Shown: positions 1-11,711, numbered from the stretch's first letter. The stretch: DNA of 64,000 bases from Octopus sinensis (GCF_006345805.1 NC_043022.1:5084001-5148000), one strand, 5' to 3'. Numbers and translations are program-made. Notes: generated from the sequence alone by a model not told the origin.

Positions 1-247
1 TGAGAGAGAGAGGGAACGGTGAAGGGGAGAGGAGAAGAATAGGGAAGGGTGAGAGAGAAAACCAGAAAGGTTGAAGAACAAGAGAGGGAGAGAGATAAAC
101 AGAGAAGAGATAGTAAAGAAGAAGAGTCCACATCGTAATTATTAAGATAAAACTTAATTATTAAGATCGTAATTATTAAGATAAAAAGGATGCATGGCGA
201 TCGATCATGTAATAATATAAATAATATATAATATATGCAAATATATA

Positions 248-640
248 AGCGCAGGAGTGGCTGTGTGGTAAGTAGCTTGTTTACCAACCACATGGTTCCG
301 GGTTCAGTCCCACTGCGTGGCACCTTGGGCAAGTGTCTTCTACTATAGCCTCGGGCCGACCAAACCCTCGTGAGTGGATTTGGTAGACGGAAACTGAAAG
401 AAGCCCATCGTATATATGTATATATATGTATGTGTCTGTGTTTGTCCCCCTAGCATTGCTTGACAACCGATACTGGTGTGTTTATGTCCCCGTCACTTAG
501 CGGTTTGGCAAAAAGACACCGACAGAATAAGTACTGGGCTTACAAAAAGAATAAGTCCCGGGGTCGAGTTGCTTGACTAAAGGCGTTGCTCCAGCATGGC
601 CGCAGTCAAATGACTGAAACAAGTAAAAGAATAAAAGAAT
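248..640 (+). mobile_element. Dimeric tRNA-derived SINE (A monomer + (TA)n(TG)n linker + B monomer)
   Basis: A-box-like TGGCTGTGTGG, B-box-like GGTTCAGTCC, CORE-like CCTTGGGCAAGT, tail ACTGAAACAAGTAAAAGA; many near-identical copies in the window. Confidence 0.85.
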
Positions 641-840
641 ACCTACATATATATGTATATATACATGCATATATGGGTACAGGACATAAAAATAACGTTG
701 ATCACAATGAGAAATGAAAACATAAAGACAAAAACAGACAAACGAACTTGTGAATCAATTTGGTAGATGGAAACTGAAAGAAGCCCATCAGACATACATA
801 CATACATACATACAAATATATGTGTGTGTGTGTATTTCGG

Positions 841-1352
841 GATAACCACTAGGTGGATAACCAATATGCTAGAAGATCACATACGATCTAACTACAAAGA
901 AAAGATGTTCTCTAGAGAAATTCAGCAAACACCAGAACATAAGCAGGTAAGACAGATGAAAATATATAAAAATCAAGAATTAATCGTAGACCTGTTTCGT
1001 CTATTACTGATAATTACTTATGTAATTTTTTCGTCCTTAGACGTGTGCATAGTTTTACCGGTAGAACTATGCACACGTCTAGTTTTATAAGGACAACTAG
1101 TGTTTAGTTTTACAAATTATATTGAATTGGAACGATCGTACTGACGATTCTAAGGACGAAAAAATTACATAAGTAATTATTGGTAATAGACAAAAAGGTC
1201 TACGATTAATTCTTGATTTTTATATATTTTCATCTGTCTTACCCGCTTATGTTCTGGTGTTTGCTGAATTTCTCTAGAGAACATTCTTTTCTTTGTAGTT
1301 AGATCGTATGTGATCTTCTTCTAGCATATTGGTTATCCACCTAGTGGTTATC
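841..1352. mobile_element. Foldback element with ~200-bp inverted arms; probable Penelope-like inverted pLTR pair
   Basis: Arms 841-1040 and 1150-1352 are reverse complements with few mismatches; internal palindrome 1038-1081; the right arm is homologous to 6817-6975, which follows a hammerhead motif. Confidence 0.65.
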
Positions 1353-1454
1353 GCTTATTATACACATCTATGGGAATTTTTTCTGATTTTTCAGATTTTC
1401 TAGATGCTAGTTTTAATTGATATTAATTAAATTAATATTCAATTTATCACCCTC

Positions 1455-1456
1455 GT

Positions 1457-1533
<77 letters not shown>

Positions 1534-1562
1534 CATATATACATATATACATATATATATAT

Positions 1563-1619
<57 letters not shown>

Positions 1620-1632
1620 TATATATATATAC
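1455..1632. repeat. (TA)n microsatellite
   Basis: Direct reading; the YI-rich ORFs here are its translation. Confidence 0.95.
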
Positions 1633-1689
1633 ACATATATATGTGTCTGTGTGCATGTTTATGCTTGTCCCCTACCATTGAGTGAAAAC

Positions 1690-1830
1690 TAGTGTTTGTT
1701 CAGTTATGTCCCTGTAACTTACCAATTCAGAAAAAGAGACTGATAGAATAAGGACAGGGGTTGATTTTTTTGATTAGCCATTCAAGGCAGAGCCCCAGCA
1801 TGGCCACAGTCCAATGACTGAAACAAGTAG
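1690..1830 (+). mobile_element. Diverged SINE B monomer
   Basis: CCCCAGCATGGCCACAGTCCAATGACTGAAACAAGTA tail and upstream similarity to B. Confidence 0.7.
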
Positions 1831-2065
1831 GAAAATAATTTTCCACTGGGAAATTTGGCTGCTATTTCTAGCAGAAGAAGTGACCATTGAGAGCTTCTTT
1901 TCTTGTGCTGCTTTGAATTGCTTGTATGAATTATTAAGTCTTATATGTATGTATACATGTGTGTAAATATAAATCTGTCTGTCTATGTGTGTATATATAA
2001 ATATATATATATTTGTCTATCTCTCTCTATATATATATATCCTATCTATCTGTCTGTCTACACGC

Positions 2066-2180
<115 letters not shown>

Positions 2181-2494
2181 TGTGTGTGTATACACATATA
2201 TCAAGAGTGAAGATTTTTTGAAAAAGCTGTTTCAAACATCTGTGAAAGTGTGATTTCTCCATGTTGTCTTAGGAAATGTGAAAATGGCAATAGTTGTAAG
2301 AATACATGCTGTCAGTCATGATATGTTTCTAGAGCCTGAGAGGTTGAAGTCATTAACTCTGTTGCCAAAAAAAAACCCAACAAAAAGAGTAGAAAAACTG
2401 ACTTCTGATTACTTTTCTTCTTACACAACTTTGCTATTGAGCAAATATTTAGATTCTGATCCATTTAATAGTTCCAAAACCATACCTCCTTCCT

Positions 2495-3390
2495 ACATAG
2501 TCTGTATGCAGTATTACAGGGCTGTCGTAACTTTCCCTTACATAATTTGTACTTAATAATGCAGTGCTATCATAGATCCCTCTTATATAGTTTGTACCTA
2601 GTAATACAGATCTGACATAGCTCCCTCTAACATAGTCTGTACATAGTATTACAAGGCTGTTATAGCTCTCTCTTAGATAATTTGTACTTTATAGTACAGG
2701 GCTGTCATATTCCCTTTTACATAGTCTGTACCTAGTAATACACAGCTGTCATAGCTCTGTCTCTATGCAGTGATACAGGTCTGTCATATCACCCTCTTGC
2801 ATAGTCTGTATCTAGTAATACACGACTATCATGGTTTTGTCTTACATAGCCTGTATGTAGTGATACAGGTCTGTCATATCTCCCTCTTACATAGTCTGTA
2901 CCTAGTAATACAGGCTGTCATAGTTTTGTCTTACATAGCCTGTATGTAGTGATACGGGTCTGTCATAACTCCCTCTTACATAGTCTGTACCTAGTAATAC
3001 AGGGCTGTCATAGTTTTGTCTTACATAGCCTGTATGTAGTGATACGGGTCTGTCATACCTCCCTCTTACATAGTCTGTATCTAGTAACACAGGGCTGTCA
3101 TAGTTTTGTCTTACATAGCCTGTATGTAGTGATACGGGTCTGTCATAACTCCCTCTTACATAGTCTGTACTTAGTAATACAGGGCTGTCATAGTTTTGTC
3201 TTACATACTATGTATTTAGTATTACAAGGCTGTTATAGCTCCCTCTTACATGGTCTTTACCTAATAATACAGGGCCTTTACAGCTCTCTCTTATGCAGTG
3301 AGTCCAACATAATATAGGTCTTCCATAGCTCCCCCTTGAATAGTCTGCACTTAATATTATAAATCTACTATAGCTCCCTTATATAGTCTA
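2495..3390. repeat. 45-bp minisatellite with a 90-bp dimeric higher-order core
   Basis: Unit ATAGTCTGTACCTAGTAATACAGGGCTGTCATAGCTCCCTCTTAC; two variants alternate, with dimer starts near 2980, 3070 and 3160. Confidence 0.9.
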
Positions 3391-3787
3391 TACCCACCCA
3401 TATTAGTTTTGAAGCATTTTTTGAAATAATCAACATTGTGTTTAAAATTAAAAGTAGGATCGTTAAGGGTGGGATTGGGTGGAACTGTTACAGCATCACA
3501 CTGCCTTAGGGTATGTACATTCTGAGTTCAAATCCACCAAGTTAAACTTTCCTTTTCATCCCTTTGAATGGGGGATTGCTAAAATAAAATGCTAGTTAAG
3601 TGCCTAACTTGGTGTAATCAACTAATCTCCTTTACAACAAATTTTTAACCTTGTACCTTTTTCTGAAACAATATTATAGAATTCAAAAATAATAATGAAA
3701 TAAACAGCTTGTATAATATTTATGATACATATACAAGCATAGAAAAGCGCTAACTATAATATTTTGTTTCAGAAAAACTTCATTTAA

Positions 3788-4008
3788 ACCTTTCGTTACT
3801 GTATTTCTGTTGAGATGCCCTGTGTTTCTTTCAGTTACTTTAAATATAACAAAGAATTTAGTAAAATAACTTCATTATCATTCAGCTAGTGTTAGGAACA
3901 TAAATTGTGACTAAGGTTTGGTGGAAGATTTTAATTCAGAACTTATGAAAACAAGACATTTGTACTACAGAGCCAGAGCCAGTTTCAGCTGGGCTGGTAA
4001 TGAAAGGG
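3788..4008. mobile_element. piggyBac-like MITE
   Basis: TTAA at 3784-3787 and 4009-4012; imperfect TIRs ACCTTTCGTTAC / GTAATGAAAGGG. Confidence 0.55.
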
Positions 4009-4294
4009 TTAAGAGTCTTTGTGTCTTTAAGACACAGAGCTTACTTAAAAACGCCATTGGTGGATTGTCAGATGCCAGTGTTTCAGCTCCATTTAGCCTC
4101 CTCAGTGACAACATCTTCAGACATTCCAAGCAAAGTCGGAATCATTGTTCCTATAGAAAATCAAGAAGAAAAATAAAATTTGCTGATTTGCATGAAAGCC
4201 GGCCATGTTTGAATTCAATCAATATACACTCTTTAAACAGTATTATACCGAGATACCAATGTATAACATTTATAATGTGTGTGTGTGTATACAT

Positions 4295-4530
4295 ATCATC
4301 ATCATCATCAGTTAACATCCATTTTCCATGCTGGCATGGGTTGGATCATTTGACTGAAAACTGGTAAGCTGGGGAGCTGCACCAACTTCCAATCTGATTT
4401 GTCGTGGTTTCTATGGCTAAAATGCCCTTCCTAACACCAACTATTCCAAGAGTGTAGTGGGTGCTATTTACAAGCCACTAGCATGGATGTCAGTTATGAT
4501 ATACCGGCATTGGCCACGACTACCATCTCA
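4295..4530 (-). mobile_element. Retroposon family C (diverged)
   Basis: (CAT)n followed by TTTTCCATGCTGGCATGGGTTGGA ... ATGCCCTTCCTAACACCAAC. Confidence 0.75.
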
Positions 4531-4569
4531 GTTGGTGTCACCGGTCTGCATGGTATATGTTGGTGTAGG

Positions 4570-4900
4570 CATGACTGTGTGGTAAGAAGCTCACTTCCCA
4601 ACCACAAGGTTCTGGGTTCAGACCAACTGTGTGGCAATATGTGCAACTGTCTTCTACTATAGCCTTGGGCCAATCAAAACTTTGTGAGTGGATTTGGGAG
4701 ACAGAAACTGAGAGAAGTCTATTGTGTATATATATACATATATATATGTGTGTGTGTATGTATGTGTCTACATGCATATACATGTATGTGTGTGTCTGTG
4801 TTTGTCCCGTACCACTTCTTGACAACTGATGTTGGTGTGTTTATGTCCTCCTTAGTAATTTAGCAACAGAGACTGATAGAATAAGTACCAGGCTTCAAAA
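4570..4900 (+). mobile_element. Diverged dimeric SINE A+B
   Basis: GACTGTGTGGTAAGAAGC head, microsatellite linker, partial B. Confidence 0.7.
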
Positions 4901-4907
4901 AATATAA

Positions 4908-5078
4908 TGCTTAGCAGCATTTTCGCTTTAAGTTCTTAGTTCAAATGCTACCGAGATTGATTTTGCTTTTTATTCTTTCAGAATCAATAAAATAAGTGTC
5001 AGTCGAGTACTGGGGTCGGTGTAACTGACTAGCCCCCTCCCCTCAAATTTCAGGCCTTGTGCCTATAGTAGAAAGGAT
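4908..5078 (+). mobile_element. SINE family H (partial)
   Basis: AGTTCAAAT B-box, ATAAAATAAGT...TACTGGGGTC core, GGCCTTGTGCCTATAGTAGAAAGGATTAT tail. Confidence 0.65.
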
Positions 5079-6028
5079 TATCTTGGCTTCTTTCGATGAC
5101 GTACAAGAAGAAGGAATTTCTGCACTTCTTTCAGATGGATTACAGAACTAATCACCCATGACTGCTCCTGTTCCAGCAACAATAGAATATCATTTACTTC
5201 CTGTTCAAACACAAAAACACAACGGCATTTATAACAACAACGACAACAAAAATTGCTTTCTGACGTATTTCCACCTTCCGTCTTTTTGTTACCAATTCTT
5301 AATTCCATTGTGTCTTTGGTTCAATCATTTATTTCTTGCTCTCTTTGTTCTAACCCCCAAACCCCTAATCTTCCTAACTAATCTTTCTGACGTTTCCAAA
5401 CACACTTCATTGTTCTCTTCATTTACCGAAATCTCTCTCCGCCTCTGCATTCCCAATAAAAACAAACCAAGGAGTGTATCAACCGTTTATTGAATTCTTT
5501 TTGAATTAATTACATCGCGAAATGTTTACACAATTATTTTATTAATTAACTAGTTTTCTTCTTTTTTTTTCTTTCCTCTCTTTCTCTTTCCCCAACCTCT
5601 TAGAACTCACTCATTCCATTCAGTCTGATTCCTGCAAAACTATGGAGATATTTGCCTTGTTTAGAGACAAAAAACCCTTGATTAATAGAAGCAAATGTTG
5701 ATATGCTATTCTAATATGCTAAAGGTATGCTAAAGGTATGCTATTCTACGCTGCATGTCTAATTATTACTAATTAATTATTACTAATTAAATAGGTATGA
5801 CATTCATGGTTCAAATGGCAATTAACCTTCCGTGATGACAGAATAAAAAAGTTTCAGATTTATTAGAAACCATACAAATACTTCCACCTTGTTTCTGCCT
5901 TGGACACAACGGTCATTGTGATTATTGTGTGACCAATAAGGTAAATATGGCTTTGTTACTGCTGCTGTTGTTGTTGTTGTTGTTGTTGTCGCTGATATTA
6001 CAAATATGGTTCTTTTATGGTTGGTGTT

Positions 6029-6072
<44 letters not shown>

Positions 6073-6166
6073 GAGGATTACAGGTGTGGATATGTGTGTT
6101 TTATGCATGTGTGTGTCTATGAGTGTTTGCATGTGTATGTGTGTGTGTGTGTTGTGACTGTTTGCA

Positions 6167-6207
<41 letters not shown>

Positions 6208-6394
6208 GAGAGAAATTATAAGCGTGGATATGTGTTTTGTGTTTGTGATGTGTGTGTGTGTGTGTGAGAGAGACTATAAATGTGGATATGCATATGAATG
6301 TGTGTGAGTGTGTGTGTGTGTGTGTGTGTGTATGCATGTGTGTGAATGACTACATTCTGATCTGCTGACCCCCAGGAAAAAAATCTGTCTGTCT

Positions 6395-6421
6395 GTCTTT
6401 CAGTCTATCTATCTATATCTA

Positions 6422-6484
<63 letters not shown>

Positions 6485-6555
6485 ATCTATATCTATCAAT
6501 CTATCTATCTATATCTATATCTATCTATCTATCTATTTATCTATCTATCTATCTA
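6395..6555. repeat. (CTAT)n microsatellite
   Basis: Direct reading. Confidence 0.9.
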
Positions 6556-6751
6556 AATGAAAAAATGTTCTCTAACCGGTAAATTGACTGCTGTAGTTTA
6601 TTAACTGCAGAGTAATTTCTGATCTCAGCGCGCCAAAGTGAATGCATTTGAAAGATACACATAAATATAATTTGTGGAACTTTATACAATGCTGGATTTC
6701 GGTTGAGTGCCCTGTATCTAGTTCTGGAAATTGTGTTTCATAAACGACAGA

Positions 6752-6816
6752 CTATGCTGATGATCTTGCAGATGTTTACGTACCCATACATGTAAATGAA
6801 ACTAATTAGTACATAG
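6752..6816 (+). ncRNA. Type I hammerhead ribozyme motif with a 10-nt insertion after the core
   Basis: Stem I CTATG 6752-6756 / CATAG 6812-6816; CTGATGA 6757-6763; stem II GTTTAC / GTAAAT; GAAA 6798-6801; palindromic ACTAATTAGT; GTA triplet 6809-6811. Confidence 0.65.
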
Positions 6817-6975
6817 GTAATCGTGTTTTATTTCATATATTTTCATTTGTCTTGCTTATTTTATACTTTGGGGTTTTTGCTGAATTTTTTCTTGAGAACA
6901 CATTCTTTGTGGAAAATGGCAATTTTGACATCTATATCTAGCATACAGGCTGTCCACTTTTAGTAGTCAGCCCTC
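6817..6975 (+). mobile_element. Penelope-like pLTR 3' part, homologous to 1190-1352
   Basis: Colinear shared blocks TATATTTTCAT.TGTCTT, TTTGCTGAATTT, TCTAGCATA, TCCAC; ends at a (TA)n array. Confidence 0.5.
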
Positions 6976-6986
6976 TAAATTTTGTA

Positions 6987-7061
<75 letters not shown>

Positions 7062-7136
7062 TATATATGTAGGTCCCGGGTTGAGTCGGGGTTAACCACA
7101 GTAAATAAGGTACTCAATACATTGCAGAGTAAATTA

Positions 7137-7258
7137 ATTTATTTTATAGAAGGAGCTTCTACAGGACTAGTACTGTTTCATTCAAATGAATGAGCTTCCT
7201 GATTATTTCATTTGAATGAAACAGTACTAGTCCTGTAGAAGCTCCTTCTATAAAATAA

Positions 7259-7260
<2 letters not shown>
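7137..7260. repeat. Perfect 54-bp inverted repeat containing a degenerate hammerhead (7192-7244, +)
   Basis: 7137-7190 is the exact reverse complement of 7207-7260; stem I GAGCTTC / GAAGCTC, core CTGATTA (G8 mutated), GAAA, ACAG / CTGT, GTA. Confidence 0.8.
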
Positions 7261-7300
<40 letters not shown>

Positions 7301-7302
<2 letters not shown>

Positions 7303-7518
7303 CGAGGGGCTGCAGAAAAGTTCTAGCTTTATGGATATCATGAATGGCCTGGTTGGAGGCCCAATCTTCTAAGTTCTTTTTACAGGGCTTAGAAATACTG
7401 AAGGGCCACAGCAATAAATGTGTGAATTGAAGAGAGGAATATGTTTAATGAAATCATAATTAATTGATCCCCCAGTATTTTCTTTCACCCAAAGCCAGGA
7501 ACTTTCCAGCACCTCCTC
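7301..7518 (+). mobile_element. Mariner-derived non-autonomous element
   Basis: Starts TACGAGGGGCTGCAGAAAAGTTC and ends AAAGCCAGGAACTTTCCAGCACCTCCTC; internal remnant FLQGLEILKGHSNKCVN resembles the mariner transposase C-terminus. Confidence 0.65.
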
Positions 7519-7949
7519 AAAAATCATTTTTATGGAAGTGTTGTCCTGTTAAAAGTATGCAGAAAAATACAGATTTTTCTTCTCCAATGCCTTCTGGGTT
7601 TCCAAATATATTTTGCCTGATTCACAAAGAATAGCAGCTTTGATTTGAAATACCCACAACAGCATGTAAATTCTTTCTTCTTTGAAGTCAAATACAAATG
7701 AAAAACCAAAATGCCAGAACCAAAATCCATGACTCAATCTCACTATCCAAGACGCAATAGTTAGAATTATTTACTCACCATTTTCCATTGAAATGTTTCC
7801 AAAAACTTTTTCTTATTTCTCTTGAAATCTTGAATTCTTCCATTTCTTGACATCTAAAATTCTTCTTTTTACCAACATTTCTATGAAAAACAACATCATC
7901 TTCCATATTTTTCATTTATTTCTTTATCCATCTTTTATTTTTGACATTT

Positions 7950-8735
7950 TACTGGTTTCAGTCATTAGACTGTGGCCATGCTGGGGCAACACTTTGAAGG
8001 ATTTTTCAGTCAAATGGATCTCGACCCTGGTACTGGTTTTCCTCTTATTTAAAGCTGGGACTTATTCAATAAATCCCTTTGTGCCAAACTGCTAAGTTAC
8101 AGGGATGTAAATATACCAATACCAGTTGTCAAGTGGTCATGGGAAACAAACGCAGACACAAAGACACACGCACACAACTCCCCTAACACACATAAGCACA
8201 CAACCACCCCATCCAAACACACACACATGATGGGCTTTTTTAAGTTTCTGTCCGCCAGATCCACTCAAAAGGCTTTGGTTGGCCCAAGGCTATAAAAAAG
8301 GTAAAGACCCCCTTCGGTCATGAGTGACCATGGGTTTGCACCTAGAGAGTTACCCCCTGAGGCTCAAGTCTGGGCAAGGTTGTTTTTTTTTTATGGAAGA
8401 CCAGTAGTCGCCCATGCATACCGGCCTCCCCTCTCCACGCCACCAGTGTTATCCAAGGGAAAGACAAAGGTCGATACAGCTTGGCACCAGTGACGTCGCA
8501 ACTCATTTCTACAGCTGAGTGAACTGGAGCAACGTGAAATAAAGTGTCTTGCTCAAGAACACAACACGCAGCCCGGTCCGGGATTTGAGCTCACAACCTC
8601 ATGATCGTAAGCTCGACGCTCTAACCACTGAGCCATGCAAGGCTATAGTAGAAGACATTTGCCCAAGGTGTCATGCAGTGAGACTGAACCCAGAATCATG
8701 TGGTTGGGAAGCAAACTCCTTACCACTCAGCCATG
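7950..8735 (-). mobile_element. Diverged dimeric SINE A+B interrupted by a nested SINE E
   Basis: B at ~7950-8160; A halves at ~8225-8294 and ~8638-8735. Confidence 0.7.
8295..8637 (-). mobile_element. tRNA-derived CORE-like SINE family E with 10-bp TSD
   Basis: Head TGGCTCAGTGGTTAGAGCG, body TTCTTGAGCAAGACACTT...CAGCTGTAGAAATGAG; TSD CAAGGCTATA at 8285-8294 and 8638-8647. Confidence 0.8.
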
Positions 8736-8945
8736 GTAAGAATTTCTACAAAAACAGTTGAAGTTTTGACAATTGTATTTATTTTATTTCTTTACGTCCA
8801 TATTCTGTTTCTTTAATCAGTTTAATGTCAGACTGAACAGGGTGAGTGTATATAACACTCTCTAAACAGACATAATGCGTGTATACGGATGCTTCATAAA
8901 TATATAGTACTTTATATACGTATAGAATTGATGCATAATAAACCT

Positions 8946-9355
8946 TATTCTTTATTCTTTTCTTTTACTTGTTTCAGTCATTGACTGTGGCCATGCTGGA
9001 GCACCACCTTTAATCGAGCAAATCGACCCCGGGACATATTCTTTTGTAAGCCCAGTACTTATTCTATCGGTCTCTTTTGCCGAACCGCTAAGTGACAGGG
9101 ACGTAAACACACCAGCATCGGTTGTCAAGCAATGCTAGGGGACAAACACAGACACACAAACATACACACGCATATATATATACATATATATGACGGGCTT
9201 CTTTCAGTTTCCGTCTACCAAATCCACTCACAAGGCTTTGGTCGGCCCGAGGCAATAGTAGAAGACACTTGCCCAAGGTGCCACGCAGTGGGACTGAACC
9301 CAGGAACCATGTGGTTGGTAAACACGCTACTTACCACACAGCCACTCCTGCGCTT
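8946..9355 (-). mobile_element. Full dimeric SINE A+B
   Basis: Reverse complement of the 248-640 family. Confidence 0.85.
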
Positions 9356-9627
9356 ATGCATATATAATAATACATGTCTGTTATCTTTTACTTGTTGCAG
9401 TCATTGAACTGCTGCCATGCTGGAGCACTGCCTTGAAGCATTTTTAGTCCAACAAATCAACTCTATTACTTCATTGTATCGGTCTCTTGCTGAACCATTG
9501 AATTACAAGGATGCAAACAAACCAACATAGGTTTTCAAGTGGTATGTGGCACAAGTACAAATGCACGCACACACAGATATATATACATATGTATACATAT
9601 ATATATATGTGTGTGTGTCATCGCCAT

Positions 9628-9896
9628 CATCATCATCATCGTTTAACATCTGTTTTCCATGCTGGCATGGGTTGGATGGTTTGACTGAGGACTGGCAAGC
9701 CAGGAGGCTGCACCAGGCCCCAATCTGATCTGGCAAGGTTTCTACAGCTGGATGCCCTTCCTATTGCCAACCACTTTAAGAGTTTAGTAGGTGCTTTTTA
9801 CATGCCACCCGTATGAAAGCCATTCGGATGGCACTGGCATCAACCACCAGATGGTGCTTTTTACGTCCCACCGGCATGGGGAGCCAGTCAGGTGGC

Positions 9897-9897
<1 letters not shown>
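9628..9897 (-). mobile_element. Retroposon family C
   Basis: (CAT)n tail, CTGGATGCCCTTCC block, tandem GTGCC units. Confidence 0.8.
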
Positions 9898-9963
<66 letters not shown>

Positions 9964-9988
9964 ACACACACACATACATATGAATACA

Positions 9989-11160
9989 CTAGCTGGTGCA
10001 CCCGGTAATTCCCGGGGGTTAAAGATGTTCTATTGAAATGCCTTATTACTCCGATATAAGAAAGCAATTTTGTTATAACTGCCAAAAAAGGTGTATTTCC
10101 TATCAGGAAAAAGTACAAAAAACTGTCTGCTGGAGGAGGGAGAGATTTTTGGAGGTTAGTGAGAGAGGTTTTTGGGGGTTGGCAAGAAAGATTGTTGGAG
10201 GTTGGTGAGAGAGTTTGTCAGAGGTTGGCAAGAGGCAAAGACATTATTCTGCTTAGCAAAGGCATCTGGGAATGTATAACTGCTGTCATTCACAGAAAAA
10301 CTATTGTTTTACCGTGAGAAAAGCGCTGTTTAAGTGTTAAGTGAAATTTGGCAATCGAGGATCAAATCCATGCTATGTGCCTGCGTGAAACTATTACAAA
10401 TACATTGTGGAATAATAAATTTATCTCCTGTCATGGAAAAAGTGTAACTGTGAAAATGCAGAATTATCAGAGTAATGGGAATTAAAAAACGTATGTATGT
10501 ATAGAAATGTATGAATGAAGTCTTTTAATTAAGGAAGTGTGATAATAATGGTTAACAGTTCAAAACTGAGTAGTGAAATGCAGAATTAGGTTGGCCGATT
10601 GTGAGAATCAAATATTGATTGCTTCACTAAAATCTGCAGGTGGTATGGGTTATTTCCCTTGGGTTGTTTAAATAAAATATTAGTAATATGTAGTAGATAG
10701 AAGAATCCATTGGAAGGACCCTATTGTCGATTTTTTTTCAACAATCTAAGTATGTCATGAAGTTTCCAGACATGAGTTCTACTCGTGTTCAAATAAAGTA
10801 TAAAAGTGATATTGTCTGCAAAAATTAGAAATAGGACACACAAAAGATCAATATGCAAATTAATCGAACATAAGCAATGAAACGGGTTGTTTTCGTTGAG
10901 TATTTAAAAAAATATTGTACAGGTGCTATGGGTTATTTCCCTTCGGTGTTTAAAAAAATTAGTTATATGAAGTAGGTATAAAGGTCCCTTCCAGGGGCTG
11001 TATTATCGATTTTTCCAACAATGTGAGTATGTCACGAGGTTTCCACACACGAGTTCTATTCACGTGTCAAGTTTCATCAAAATCAATAAAACGATGTAGG
11101 AGGAGCTACCTAACATCACCACAAACAAACACACACCGATTTTCCATATATGTAGTAGAT
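9989..11160 (-). mobile_element. Non-autonomous Helitron-like element
   Basis: On the minus strand: 5' aTC start at ~11160, 3' hairpin CCCGG-N6-CCGGG (10001-10016), terminal CTAG (9989-9992); internal ~280-bp diverged duplication. Confidence 0.7.
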
Positions 11161-11672
11161 ATATATATATATAAAACTGTAGTTGTGTGAGTGTCTGTCC
11201 CCTTCGATTTAGATTCTTAACTACTCCCACATTTTGCGGTGCAGTTTAACCAAATTCGGGTATCTTATAGTCGTGATTCATATCGAGCCCGTCTGAGTAT
11301 TAGCGCGCGTCTACGATGAGTCTACGATTTTAAAAATAATTTACCATCATTTTTTATTCCATTTTAATGCATAATTTTTCGTGTGTCGATGGCGGCGGAG
11401 TTGGCGTCCACGCTCACAGCTGCACCTGTTTGCTTCTCCCCCTCTTCCCTCCCTCGTGAAGCTGTGGGGAAGGGAGTGTAAGGAAATCAACACCGTAAAG
11501 CGTTGTCAAGGAGACCAGCGTTCTTTTAGAACAACAACTTCATGGCTTGAAGACACCAAAACAGAAATGGCTAAGAAAGCCTGAATTGGCATCTATAAGG
11601 GAAGTAACTCTCTAAAAATGCTTATATAGTTATTTCCCTTACAAACCCGAGCAACGCCGGGCGATACTGCTA

Positions 11673-11673
<1 letters not shown>
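11161..11673 (+). mobile_element. Non-autonomous Helitron-like element (second family)
   Basis: 3' hairpin CCCG-N8-CGGG (11646-11661) followed by CTAG at 11670-11673 and T; the 5' end is AT-rich and lacks a clear TC. Confidence 0.7.

Positions 11674-11711
<38 letters not shown>

Noticed and set aside
2495-3390. CRISPR-like array or repeat protein
   Set aside because: The units are contiguous with no unique spacers, the context is eukaryotic, and there is no coding evidence.
4060-4130. Minus-strand CTGAAGA...GAAAC motif
   Set aside because: No valid NUH triplet with a paired stem III next to stem I.
3918-4367. 149-aa ORF
   Set aside because: It spans a MITE end, unique AT-rich DNA and a family C tail; no recognisable domain.
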